DNA from: Acidobacteria bacterium UBA2999
GTDB lineage: Bacteria > Acidobacteriota > Vicinamibacteria > Vicinamibacterales > UBA2999
Direction: 5' to 3'
NCBI GenBank assembly: GCA_002346475.1
Contig: DDZV01000022.1
Span: forward strand, 7,175 to 71,174
Length of the DNA: 64,000 nt
Position numbers and translations under genes: made by a program. This document shows positions 48,710 to 58,299 of the stretch, piece by piece (position 1 is the first letter of the stretch; every line of letters begins with the position of its first letter). The notes under the pieces are model-generated. The model was not told the DNA's origin. It worked only from the letters and a program-made list of their open reading frames with translations, and searched no databases.

Positions 48710-49876
48710 ATGTTGTCCCGTCGCTTACCGCCTGATCGATTACCGAATCGCTTAACACAAGCGATTAATTTGCTACGTCGGGAGCATCAGCCGTTCATCG
48801 ATCTGACTGAATCGAATCCAACCCGGGCTGGTTTTACATATCCCACAGATCTCCTGAACGACTTCAGTCATGTCGAAGCGTTACAGTATGATCCCAAACC
48901 ATTCGGACTAGCCTGCGCCAGAGAAGCCATCGCGCGAGACTACGGCCGGCGTGGTATTACTGTGGACCCGTCGAGAATCGTGCTTACCACCAGTACAAGC
49001 GAATCATACAGCTGGTTATTTAAATTGCTCTGTAATGCCGGTGATCATGTGCTTGCTCCTCGTCCAAGCTATCCACTCTTCGACTATTTAACAAAGCTCG
49101 AAGCTGTGCATGCAAAACCATATGATCTGGATTACGACAGACGCTGGACAATTAATATGGCCAGCCTAGAAAAAGCTGTTACGCCTCAAACACGTGCGTT
49201 GGTCGTTGTATCACCCAATAACCCGACAGGATCGTTCATAACGCGTGAAGAACATCTTCAGTTAATGAAATTTTGTAAGTCTCACGACCTTGTATTAATT
49301 GCTGACGAAGTCTTTGTCGACTATCCCCTCGATGAACGCAAAGAACGGGCAACGGACCTTGCGCTGCAAGAGACAGCACTTGCATGTAGTCTGGGTGGCT
49401 TATCAAAATCTATTGGCTTGCCTCAGGCAAAACTTGGCTGGATGCTTCTGGGGGGACCACCTAGTCTCTGTGCTACGGCTTTGGATGCCCTTGAACTTAT
49501 TGCTGATAGCTATCTTTCCGTATCAACCTCCGTGCAAATCGCAACGCCCAATCTGCTCACACGGGGAGCTCTGATTCGACAAGAAATCCATTCCAGGATT
49601 CAGGGTAATCTCAAAACTCTTTACCATGAAGTTTCTCAGCAACCATCGTGTCAAGCGCTTGTGGTTGAAGGTGGATGGTACGCTGTTATCCGAGTCCCAG
49701 CGACTCAACGGGAAGAAGATCTTGTGCTGGATTTACTGCAGCGCGAGCATGTTCTTGTCTATCCAGGATACTTTTTTGATTTTTCTAATGAAGCGTATTT
49801 AGTCATCAGTCTTTTGCCCCCACCTGAAGTCCTGAATGATGCCCTCCCTAGACTTCTGACGGTTGCTTCCAGCTAA
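48710..49876 (+). CDS. Class I/II PLP-dependent aminotransferase
   Basis: SPNNPTG and GGLSKSIGLPQAKLGW (PLP Lys). ATG at 48710 preferred over GTG at 48680. Confidence 0.8.
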   Translation: MLSRRLPPDRLPNRLTQAINLLRREHQPFIDLTESNPTRAGFTYPTDLLNDFSHVEALQYDPKPFGLACAREAIARDYGRRGITVDPSRIVLTTSTSESYSWLFKLLCNAGDHVLAPRPSYPLFDYLTKLEAVHAKPYDLDYDRRWTINMASLEKAVTPQTRALVVVSPNNPTGSFITREEHLQLMKFCKSHDLVLIADEVFVDYPLDERKERATDLALQETALACSLGGLSKSIGLPQAKLGWMLLGGPPSLCATALDALELIADSYLSVSTSVQIATPNLLTRGALIRQEIHSRIQGNLKTLYHEVSQQPSCQALVVEGGWYAVIRVPATQREEDLVLDLLQREHVLVYPGYFFDFSNEAYLVISLLPPPEVLNDALPRLLTVASS

Positions 49877-49885
49877 GATCTGCAT

Positions 49886-51646
49886 TCACTTTTTTTCTAA
49901 TGGGTGCTTTCTATTGTGACCGGCTTTGTTCTGCATGCGCGCCCACGTATCTCTGAGCGTGATCGTGCGGTTAAAAACCAGGTGATCCTTGCGTGAATCC
50001 GGATCAACACAAAAATATCCAAGGCGTTCAAACTGATAGCACGCTCCAGTCATGGGGTCAGCCAAGCTTGGCTCAACCCAGCAGTCAGTCCGGCGATCGA
50101 GCGACGCGGGGTTGAGTGTCGCTTTGTAATCGTGGCCATCCGGTATGTCCTCTGGATGCTCGGCAGTAAACAAATGGTCGTACAGGCGAACTTCCGCGCT
50201 GATCGCTTGCGCGGCTGATACCCAGTGAATCGTGCCTCGCACTTTTCGCCCATCAGGAGCGTAACCACCGCGTGTCTCGGGATCGTAGGTGCAACGGAGC
50301 TCCACCACGTTGCCTGCTTCGTCTTTGACAACATCACGGCATGTTACAAAGTAGGCATACCGCAATCGAACTTCTCGCCCCGGTGCTAAACGGAAAAATT
50401 TTTTCGGCGGATCTTCTCGAAAATCGTTCCGTTCAATATACAACTCACGTGAGAATGGAATCTTCCGGGTCCCTGCAATCTCATTTTCAGGGTTGTTAAT
50501 AGCGTCAAGTTCCTCGATCTGATCTTCTGGATAGTTCTCAATCACGACCTTCACCGGTTCCACAACCGCCATCACTCGCGACGCCCGTTGATTCAACTCT
50601 TGCCGAACGGCATCCTCCAATTGAGCCACCTGCACCATGCTGTTCGCCTTGGCAATACCAATACGGTCGCAAAAATCACGAATCGCCGCCGGTGGATATC
50701 CTCGCCGACGCATGCCACTTAGCGTCGGCATTCGTGGATCATCCCAACCATCCACATGTCCGCCACTAACCAATTCCAAAAGTTTACGTTTGCTCAAAAC
50801 AGTGTGCGTTAAGTTCAATCGAGCAAACTCAATTTGTCGTGGCGGGTCCACCCAATCAAGCGCCTTCAGATACCAGTCGTAGAGAGGACGATGATCTTCA
50901 AACTCTAACGTGCACAGCGAATGTGTCACTTGTTCAAACGCATCTGACAATGGATGAGTAAAGTCATAGGTGGGATAAATAACCCACTCGTTGGCACGAC
51001 GATAATGTGGCTGACGTCGGATCCGGTAAATAGTCGGGTCCCGCATGTTCATGTTGGAAGCCGACATATCAATCTTGGCGCGAAGCGTCCGTGACCCATC
51101 GTCAAACTCGCCGGCACGCATCCGGTCAAAAAGATCTAAGTTTTCTTCAACGGATCGATTGCGATGCGGGCTGTTTCGACCTGGTTCATCCCAGCGACCA
51201 CGATATTGGCTGACTTCTTCCCCTTGCAGGTCATCTACGTAAGCGAGACCCTTTTCAATCAACGTGACAGCACAGTCATATAAACGCTCATAGTAATCAG
51301 ACGCATAATAAAAACGATCACTCCACTCGAACCCGAGCCACCGGACATCTTGTTCGATCGCTCTCACAAACTCTTTGTTTTCAGTTGCTGGATTTGTATC
51401 GTCCATCCGAAGATTGCAGAGACCACCGTGCTCGACTGCAATACCAAAATTAAGACAAATCGCCTTTGCATGCCCAATGTGCAAATACCCGTTTGGTTCA
51501 GGAGGAAAACGTGTACACACGCGCCCTCCGTGTCGACCAGCTTTGTGGTCAGACACAACTATTTCCCTGATGAAATCAACTGATGTTGAGGCTTCAGGAG
51601 TCCCGTTTACATGATCAGATCGAGGCACGCAAATAATCCTATTCAA
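49886..51646 (-). CDS. glnS: Glutaminyl-tRNA synthetase
   Basis: 586 aa. HIGH motif [19 protein letters not shown] variant VLSKRK and a GlnRS-type C-terminal anticodon-binding region. Confidence 0.93.
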   Translation of the reverse strand: MNRIICVPRSDHVNGTPEASTSVDFIREIVVSDHKAGRHGGRVCTRFPPEPNGYLHIGHAKAICLNFGIAVEHGGLCNLRMDDTNPATENKEFVRAIEQDVRWLGFEWSDRFYYASDYYERLYDCAVTLIEKGLAYVDDLQGEEVSQYRGRWDEPGRNSPHRNRSVEENLDLFDRMRAGEFDDGSRTLRAKIDMSASNMNMRDPTIYRIRRQPHYRRANEWVIYPTYDFTHPLSDAFEQVTHSLCTLEFEDHRPLYDWYLKALDWVDPPRQIEFARLNLTHTVLSKRKLLELVSGGHVDGWDDPRMPTLSGMRRRGYPPAAIRDFCDRIGIAKANSMVQVAQLEDAVRQELNQRASRVMAVVEPVKVVIENYPEDQIEELDAINNPENEIAGTRKIPFSRELYIERNDFREDPPKKFFRLAPGREVRLRYAYFVTCRDVVKDEAGNVVELRCTYDPETRGGYAPDGRKVRGTIHWVSAAQAISAEVRLYDHLFTAEHPEDIPDGHDYKATLNPASLDRRTDCWVEPSLADPMTGACYQFERLGYFCVDPDSRKDHLVFNRTITLRDTWARMQNKAGHNRKHPLEKK

Positions 51647-51671
51647 TCATTATGCCAGAGGCGTGACGGAT

Positions 51672-52847
51672 CTAGCTGTCGTCAGAGGTCTTAGGAATGT
51701 CTATCTCTCGGAGGGGTTCGTCAATTTCCGCAAGGTTTAGGACCTCTTCTGAGTCTGTACTCACTCCTAACTTAAGCAACTTCTCTCCCTTAGGACGTAC
51801 GTTTCGTTGCCACGATCCCGCTGCCTTATTGAAATTGAGTACTGCATCCTGGAGACTCTTTCCCATCTTGTTGAGATGTTCCGTATATGTTGTTAGAGAG
51901 TTGAATAACCCCTTGCTGGTTTCATGAATATCCCCGGCCGACGCTACAAGTACTACCTGCCGCCATCCGTATGCAAACGTCTTGAGCAAACTTAAAAGCG
52001 TGATCGGGCTGGCTAGCATTACTTTTTGTTTGGTGGCCTCTTCGATAAGTTCTGGGATCTCCTGAAAAGCCACACTAAACATCGCCTCTCCTGGTAGAAA
52101 CATCACAACAAGCTCCACCGGTTCTTTAAAATTTTCCCAATATTTCTTACTCGACAAGTCGGCAACATGCCCACGTAAATCTTTCTTCCACTTTTTAAGG
52201 CTCTCTTCCCGTGTACGTTCATCTTTTGCGTCGTTAGCAGCCATAAAATTCGTCGTCGGTGCTTTCGAGTCTACAGCAATGCTTTGTGATGGCCTCCTCT
52301 CAGCAGACGGAAGGTAAGCAATCATGTCTGGTATATCGATTGTGCCGTCCAGTTTCTTCATTCGTTTTTGCGTCTCAAAATCACAGTGTTCAAGCATTCC
52401 TGCAAGCTCCACAACACGTCGAAGCTGCATCTCACCCCACTGGCCACTACCTTTGGTCGAACGCAAGGCCTGGGATAGGTCGCGGGTATCTTTCTCGAGA
52501 TTCTTCACATTCACTACAAGATCAGAGGCGTATTTACTTTGTTCCGTTTTGAAGGTTTCTAGGCTCTTGTCCAGGGTCTGCTGAATGGATTCAATATGTT
52601 TGCTCTGAAGCTTAAAGTCTGACTGGTTCCGTTTCTCGAGTTTATCAATTGCGTCTGTAAGAGCCGCTGAAACAATAACCTGCAACCGATCACGCTCTGC
52701 ATCCTCGGCTTTCTGTAAGTCCTCAGGTGACGATATTGATTCCTCGGCCGACTTCGGACTCTGGCGGTTAAAAAACAGAAAGGCTGCAATGCCTGCAAAA
52801 ACTAGAGTGGCGACAAGAAGTGCTAACGTCAAGGGATCCATGTACAT
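51672..52847 (-). CDS. rmuC: DNA recombination protein RmuC
   Basis: 391 aa. N-terminal TM, coiled coil, and an RmuC nuclease-like C-terminal domain (...VMFLPGEAMF...). Confidence 0.8.
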   Translation of the reverse strand: MYMDPLTLALLVATLVFAGIAAFLFFNRQSPKSAEESISSPEDLQKAEDAERDRLQVIVSAALTDAIDKLEKRNQSDFKLQSKHIESIQQTLDKSLETFKTEQSKYASDLVVNVKNLEKDTRDLSQALRSTKGSGQWGEMQLRRVVELAGMLEHCDFETQKRMKKLDGTIDIPDMIAYLPSAERRPSQSIAVDSKAPTTNFMAANDAKDERTREESLKKWKKDLRGHVADLSSKKYWENFKEPVELVVMFLPGEAMFSVAFQEIPELIEEATKQKVMLASPITLLSLLKTFAYGWRQVVLVASAGDIHETSKGLFNSLTTYTEHLNKMGKSLQDAVLNFNKAAGSWQRNVRPKGEKLLKLGVSTDSEEVLNLAEIDEPLREIDIPKTSDDS

Positions 52848-52862
52848 CCTTCGATTGTTTTT

Positions 52863-54422
52863 CTACTTATTGACCGCCCGGTCAACGCGTGGCTTCGGTA
52901 ACGGTTTCCGCGGGAGCAGTTCGTCGCGATTTGCTGCGTGATATACAAAGGATGCAAGGATCACCGCATTCTTCATAAGATCGTCTAGTTGTACACGTTC
53001 GTACAAGTCCATGTTTGTGTGATGGGAATGCGTACTATATTCAAGGGGATCTTGTGTGAATTGAAAACCTGGCAAGCCAACTTCGTCAAATGAAACGTGA
53101 TCCGTTGCACCAGTCCCACGGATTGTGAGGGTAGTCATTCCCATGCTACGAAGTGGATCAATCCACGCATTAAAAATAGGTCGTACTGCTTCGTTTCCTT
53201 GTAAGTAGACACCACGAATTGCACCGCTACCATTGTCTAAATTGAAATAGACGGACACCTTTTCGTGTGCTGCTGTCCGTGTCATCGTCTCTCGGTCAGC
53301 AAAATGCTCTCGGACATAGGCACGCGATCCGAGCAACCCTTGCTCTTCTCCCGTCCATAGGGCAAGGCGCACGGTTCGTCGCATTGCAAGACCTGTAGCC
53401 TTCAGGATACGCATTGCTTCCATTACCGCTGCTACTCCTGCTGCATTGTCCGTTGCGCCCGTCCCTGCATGCCAAGAATCAAAATGGGCGCCAATCAATA
53501 CAAGCTCGTCCGCTTTATCTGTCCCAGGAATATCTGCAAGCAAATTAAAAGAATCGAGATTGTCATCGTAGAAATGATTCTGCACATCCAACTCGATGTG
53601 CACAGGCACTTCGTGATTCAGCGTCCTGACAAGACGCCCATAATGCTCACTAGCAACTACCAGTTGGAGTGGTACGGCGGGCGCATCAACATGCCTCTGT
53701 TGCGAGGGTCCGGTTACATGAATGCTGCCATGATCCCCACGACCACGCCCTGGCTGCAGTACAGCAACAACACCTTCCTGCACAAAAAATTGCATGCGCC
53801 GTTGGGCGAACTTATTTGGCGTTCGGTACGCACGTGGAGAAGCAGACACTTTCTGTTCTTCTAACGCGGCAAGTTCAGCGTCTGTAAAACGTCGACCTCT
53901 AGGCTCAAAATGCGGCTTCACAACCGGAGCAGGGACAGTCAGCACAATCTTATCTTTGAGCTTGCCTGCCCACTGGCTTATTTCACTCTCATTGGTGATC
54001 ACTGCCAGTACAGCTTCTGCAGTAATCGATCCTTCCGTGCCTGGTGTCCACGCTCTCGGGTAAGCTGACAACGGGTAGGGGGTTGGTGAAACAACATGGG
54101 CAATCAAGCGCTCATTTGACCACCCTCGACCAAACGGTCCCCATGTCTCTTGGCGGATATTGTCCAGGTTCCACTCACCTAGACGTTTAGTTGCCCACTC
54201 CGCAGCAACACGAATCTGCAATGAATTCGTGAGACGCGGACCGTGTATGTCAGTAAGGTACGACAGTACCTCCTGAATTTCAGAACGTTTTAATCCCTCT
54301 TCTTTGATGCGATAAACCGCATCGAAGTCGACGGATTCCTGTGTCAAAGCAGTCGGGGCTACAAGTGAAATAGCGCCAATCAGTACGATGACAAACAATA
54401 GGTGTGTCTGCCGAAACGTCAC
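52863..54422 (-). CDS. M28-family aminopeptidase (secreted)
   Basis: 519 aa, GTG start with AGGAGG Shine-Dalgarno and a signal peptide. IGAHFDSW, TGATDNAAG, WTGEEQGLLGS and ATDH zinc-ligand motifs. Confidence 0.8.
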   Translation of the reverse strand: MTFRQTHLLFVIVLIGAISLVAPTALTQESVDFDAVYRIKEEGLKRSEIQEVLSYLTDIHGPRLTNSLQIRVAAEWATKRLGEWNLDNIRQETWGPFGRGWSNERLIAHVVSPTPYPLSAYPRAWTPGTEGSITAEAVLAVITNESEISQWAGKLKDKIVLTVPAPVVKPHFEPRGRRFTDAELAALEEQKVSASPRAYRTPNKFAQRRMQFFVQEGVVAVLQPGRGRGDHGSIHVTGPSQQRHVDAPAVPLQLVVASEHYGRLVRTLNHEVPVHIELDVQNHFYDDNLDSFNLLADIPGTDKADELVLIGAHFDSWHAGTGATDNAAGVAAVMEAMRILKATGLAMRRTVRLALWTGEEQGLLGSRAYVREHFADRETMTRTAAHEKVSVYFNLDNGSGAIRGVYLQGNEAVRPIFNAWIDPLRSMGMTTLTIRGTGATDHVSFDEVGLPGFQFTQDPLEYSTHSHHTNMDLYERVQLDDLMKNAVILASFVYHAANRDELLPRKPLPKPRVDRAVNK

Positions 54423-54657
54423 AAAACCTCCTTAAAACTAAGGCCTGAGTGTAGCGGTTCTTGACCGTCCTTGCGACTCACGATTGTCAAGATTTCGCCA
54501 CCTAATAATAAATCGTCCTGATTTTCCTAGTTCCGGCTTGGCCCCCAATTGTTGTGGCAACATTCCGAATATATGTTCAAATTGATACCATAAGTTCTTT
54601 GTTGGAAATGTGGATAATAGGCATTGCCTCCAATCATCCACATAACAACCATAATTT

Positions 54658-55911
54658 ATGCTTTATGTAACCGTGACTCGTGGTGTGTTTCGCCTCATAG
54701 CCCTTGCATTATTTCTTTCGTTTGGGCTTTTGACCGCGTGCCAGATCGAAGACCCGCCCCAGATGTTCCCCCTGGGCACAGATGTTTCTCTGCCGGCTGA
54801 CACAATGTTGATTCGCGGGCAAGTTCCGAGGCAAACAACACTCAGTGCCATGCTCGATGAACATGGATTGCATGCCTCAGCCGTTGGGCGTGTGGTTGTG
54901 GCCACCCGAGAAGTATTCGATCCCAGACGCTTGCGCGCTCTACAACCGTTTTTGCTTGAACGTACCTTTGATGGTGATATACGGCGATTCGAATATGAGA
55001 TCGACAACGATCAGTTTCTACGTTTAGCGTCAGTTCCAGGGGCAAAGGATGATCTCGTTGCTAGCCTTTTGCCAATTGAGAAAAATCGAGAGGAAGCTGC
55101 CATTGCAGGCACCATCAACATCGACACACCTTCGTTGTATCAGGCAATGACTGCTACAGGTGAGCGTGCAGACCTAACCATTGCTATGGCCGATATTTTC
55201 GCTGGAGAAATTGATTTTAATACTGAACTTCGCCAGGGCGATTACTTTGCCTTAGCTTTCGAAAAGTTTACAAGAGAAGATCGACCATCGACGTACGGCG
55301 AAATTTACGCGGCAGAATTTTACAATGATGGCCGTTTATTACGCGCCCTACATTTCACGCCGCCCGATGGTGAACCTGGTTACTATGACGAACAAGGTAA
55401 TTCCTTGAAACGTCTGTTCTTGAAATCGCCACTGAAATTTTCTCCTCGGGTGACTTCTGGTTTTTCACGTAGGCGTTTTCATCCAGTGCTAAAGAGATAC
55501 CGTCCGCATCTTGGTATCGATTACGGAGCGCCTGTTGGAGCGCCCGTGGTAGCAGTAGCAACTGGAAGAGTGGTTTCAGCTACGTACGACAGTGCTAATG
55601 GACGAATGGTGCGATTGAAACACCCAAGTGGCTACGAAACTTACTACCTACATCTATCTAAATTTGCACCTGGCATTCGTAAAGGTGCACGTGTCACACA
55701 AGGTCAATTAATAGGTGAGGTTGGAGCAACGGGTCTCGCGACTGGTCCTCATCTCGACTACCGGGTGCGAAAAAATGGCGTGTTTGTTAACCCAACCGTA
55801 GAACATCGCAAGATGCCCCCCGGTGAACCAGTGCCAGCGGATATCATGCCGCTCTTTGAAGAGGTCCGAGACGAATGGCTTCCACGCTTAAAACACAGCG
55901 TGACAGAATGA
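54658..55911 (+). CDS. M23-family (LytM-type) peptidoglycan peptidase-like lipoprotein
   Basis: 417 aa. Lipobox-like LLTAC, HLGIDYGAP (HxxxD) and YYLHLS. The final motif is PHLDY instead of PHLHF/Y. Confidence 0.85.
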   Translation: MLYVTVTRGVFRLIALALFLSFGLLTACQIEDPPQMFPLGTDVSLPADTMLIRGQVPRQTTLSAMLDEHGLHASAVGRVVVATREVFDPRRLRALQPFLLERTFDGDIRRFEYEIDNDQFLRLASVPGAKDDLVASLLPIEKNREEAAIAGTINIDTPSLYQAMTATGERADLTIAMADIFAGEIDFNTELRQGDYFALAFEKFTREDRPSTYGEIYAAEFYNDGRLLRALHFTPPDGEPGYYDEQGNSLKRLFLKSPLKFSPRVTSGFSRRRFHPVLKRYRPHLGIDYGAPVGAPVVAVATGRVVSATYDSANGRMVRLKHPSGYETYYLHLSKFAPGIRKGARVTQGQLIGEVGATGLATGPHLDYRVRKNGVFVNPTVEHRKMPPGEPVPADIMPLFEEVRDEWLPRLKHSVTE

Positions 55912-55921
55912 CTCAAGCCTA

Positions 55922-57142
55922 ATGTCCAGGGTTAGTGCTTTTCGTGCACTTCGGCCAAAGCCAGAAGCTGTAGCACGGGTCGCTTCTGTGCCCTACGATG
56001 TTGTTAGTACCAACGAAGCAAAAGTGCTTGCGCATGACAATCCTCTAAGCGCGCTCCATATTTCAAGGGCTGAAATTGACCTTCCCGCTGACACAGATCC
56101 TTATTCTTCAGCGGTATATGAGCAAGCTGCCACGAACTTTGCCCTCCTGAAATCGAGTGCACCTCTCATCGTTGAAGAACAACCAAGTTTGTACATTTAC
56201 CGGTTACGAATGGGTACACACGAACAAATAGGGGTAGCTGGATGCTACTCGCTAGATGACTACGATAAGAATGTAATTCGCAAGCACGAACACACGCGAC
56301 GTGAGAAGGAAGACGATCGTACACATCACATGCTTGAACTCCGTGCACAGATGGGCCCTGTCTTCTTGACTTATCGAGCCTCAACAACCGTGGATGCGCT
56401 TGTAAGCACTGTAGTGTCAACACAACCACCGCTCTTTGATTTTATGGCTCCCGATCAAGTGCAACACACGCTTTGGCGAACTGAAGCATCTCAATCATCC
56501 TCACTCGTAGCTGCTTTCGAAGAAGTTCCAACCCTTTATATTGCTGACGGACATCATCGAGCAGCAAGCGCTTCTAGAGTTCGCCATCACTTGCGAGATA
56601 CCTATAGTCGTGACGGAAAGTGGGACATGTTTTTGGCCGTGGCGTTTCCTGACGCCCAAGTACAGATCCTTCCTTACAACCGTGTAGTCAAAGATCTAGG
56701 TCCACACACTCGCGAATCATTCTTAACTGCACTGCACGAACGAGGCACAGTGCGCGACGGAAACCCAGCAGAACCACAAGCAGGTGAAGTGTCTATGTAT
56801 CTTGGGGATCGTTGGTACAGTGTTAGCCTGGAAACATCGCCTTCCAGCACGGAACCGGCCAGCCGTCTCGACGTCAGTCGATTACACAACCAAATACTGT
56901 CACCGCTCCTTGGAATTGGAAATGCAGGGACAGATAAGCGTGTTGACTTTATTGGTGGGGTGCGAGGCCTGTCAGAACTTAAACGTTTGGTTGATTCGAA
57001 AACTGTAGCCGTCGCATTTGCAATGCATGCCGTTAATATTGGAGATCTTCTAACCGTTTCTGATTTAGGCGGCATCATGCCACCTAAATCCACCTGGTTC
57101 GAACCAAAATTACGTGATGGCTTATTGTTCTATTTAATTTGA
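55922..57142 (+). CDS. DUF1015 family protein
   Basis: 406 aa. The SAFRALRP... start and IADGHHR motif are characteristic of DUF1015. 10 nt after the M23 gene. Confidence 0.8.
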   Translation: MSRVSAFRALRPKPEAVARVASVPYDVVSTNEAKVLAHDNPLSALHISRAEIDLPADTDPYSSAVYEQAATNFALLKSSAPLIVEEQPSLYIYRLRMGTHEQIGVAGCYSLDDYDKNVIRKHEHTRREKEDDRTHHMLELRAQMGPVFLTYRASTTVDALVSTVVSTQPPLFDFMAPDQVQHTLWRTEASQSSSLVAAFEEVPTLYIADGHHRAASASRVRHHLRDTYSRDGKWDMFLAVAFPDAQVQILPYNRVVKDLGPHTRESFLTALHERGTVRDGNPAEPQAGEVSMYLGDRWYSVSLETSPSSTEPASRLDVSRLHNQILSPLLGIGNAGTDKRVDFIGGVRGLSELKRLVDSKTVAVAFAMHAVNIGDLLTVSDLGGIMPPKSTWFEPKLRDGLLFYLI

Positions 57143-57645
57143 TCCTCGGTATCCCGAACAGGCCGGATTATACTAACGGGCCTGTGGATACTCTAACCCT
57201 GCCACTAGATTACACAGCTATCGAGCGGATTCTGCCTCATCGGTACCCGTTCTTGCTCGTTGATCGAATTGCAGAGCTTGAACCTGATAAACGTATCGTT
57301 GGTATTAAGAATGTCACAATGAATGAGCGCTTTCTTTCCCGTCAACCTGGTAATTCACCAGTCTTTCCGTCAACAATGCTGACGGAAGCAGTCGCACAGG
57401 TTGGAGCTATCCTTATTCTGTCGAAACCAGCAAACCGGGAAAGATTAATCTACTTCATGGGTATTGAACGTGTGCGCTACCTGAAACCAGTCCATCCTGG
57501 TGATACCGTGGAAATTGAAGCTCGCGTGAAACGTTTGCGCAGTAGGATGGGACAGCTTCAGGGTTTTGCACGTGTTAACGGACAAATGGTCGTCGAGGGC
57601 ACTATGACGTTTGCCCTTGGTCCAACAGTAAAAAGTGAAACTTAA
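57139..57645 (+). CDS. FabZ-family hotdog-fold protein with non-canonical active-site motif
   Basis: ILPHRYPFLLVDRI, IKNVTMNE, EAVAQ and PGD align to FabZ throughout. The GHFPG motif is replaced by RQPGN. Start is TTG at 57139 (overlapping the DUF1015 stop) or GTG at 57184. Confidence 0.8.
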   Translation: MILGIPNRPDYTNGPVDTLTLPLDYTAIERILPHRYPFLLVDRIAELEPDKRIVGIKNVTMNERFLSRQPGNSPVFPSTMLTEAVAQVGAILILSKPANRERLIYFMGIERVRYLKPVHPGDTVEIEARVKRLRSRMGQLQGFARVNGQMVVEGTMTFALGPTVKSET

Positions 57646-57720
57646 CCAAAAAAGAAGTCTTTTTATCTAAAATCCTGAACTAACTCGCATTACCTAGCCT
57701 AATCGAGATAGCATTAATGT

Positions 57721-58248
57721 ATGCATCCTAGAATAGTGAATTTAGCTGTCGGCTTCGTCGCACTCGCTTTGCTTTCTCCTCTTGCTGGTCCAACCTCCGC
57801 TCAGCAACATGATCATGGTCATGATCACGGACCGACGCTACCTTCCGGGCATAAACGCTGGGTGACACCTGTACCAGCACACCGGATGCCACCAGTTCCG
57901 TACCAAGGGTATCCTCCTCAACGGCCTATGCCAGTAGTCCAGGAGGCATACGCCTTTGCCGGATTGCATCCAGAAATACTGAGTTACATACCGTGCTTCT
58001 GTGGATGCGAACGAAGCGCGGGCCACACAGGCAACCAAGATTGCTTTGTATTAAGACGTGACGCTGAGGGACGTGTACTAGAGTGGAACCCTCATGGGTA
58101 CTCCTGCGCTATCTGTATCGATGTTGCTAGGGATGCTATGCAAATGTTTAATGCCGGTGCCTCCAGAAAAGCAATCCGTAGCGCCATTGACGCAAAATAT
58201 AAACCGCATTTTTCCACTACAACCCCAACACCACAGCCGCCTGCATAG
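57721..58248 (+). CDS. Secreted PCYCGC-motif family protein with His-rich N-terminal segment
   Basis: 175 aa with a signal peptide (...PTSAQQ). HDHGHDHG run, IPCFCGCERSAGH...DCF...CAIC pattern of the PCYCGC family. Confidence 0.7.
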   Translation: MHPRIVNLAVGFVALALLSPLAGPTSAQQHDHGHDHGPTLPSGHKRWVTPVPAHRMPPVPYQGYPPQRPMPVVQEAYAFAGLHPEILSYIPCFCGCERSAGHTGNQDCFVLRRDAEGRVLEWNPHGYSCAICIDVARDAMQMFNAGASRKAIRSAIDAKYKPHFSTTTPTPQPPA

Positions 58249-58299
58249 TCGGATCTGAGGAATCGATGCCAGGTCTCCATAACTGGCTATAATTCCCTT

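Noticed and set aside
53469-53864. 131-aa plus-strand ORF inside the M28 peptidase gene
   Set aside because: Antisense to a CDS carrying all the M28 zinc-ligand motifs. Shadow ORF.
54438-54641. 67-aa minus-strand ORF in the M28/M23 divergent region
   Set aside because: It would overlap the likely promoter regions of both peptidase genes. It has no ribosome-binding site and no motifs.
56674-57093. 139-aa ORF antisense to the DUF1015 gene
   Set aside because: A shadow ORF inside a well-supported CDS, with Ser/Arg/Pro-rich composition and no recognisable motifs.
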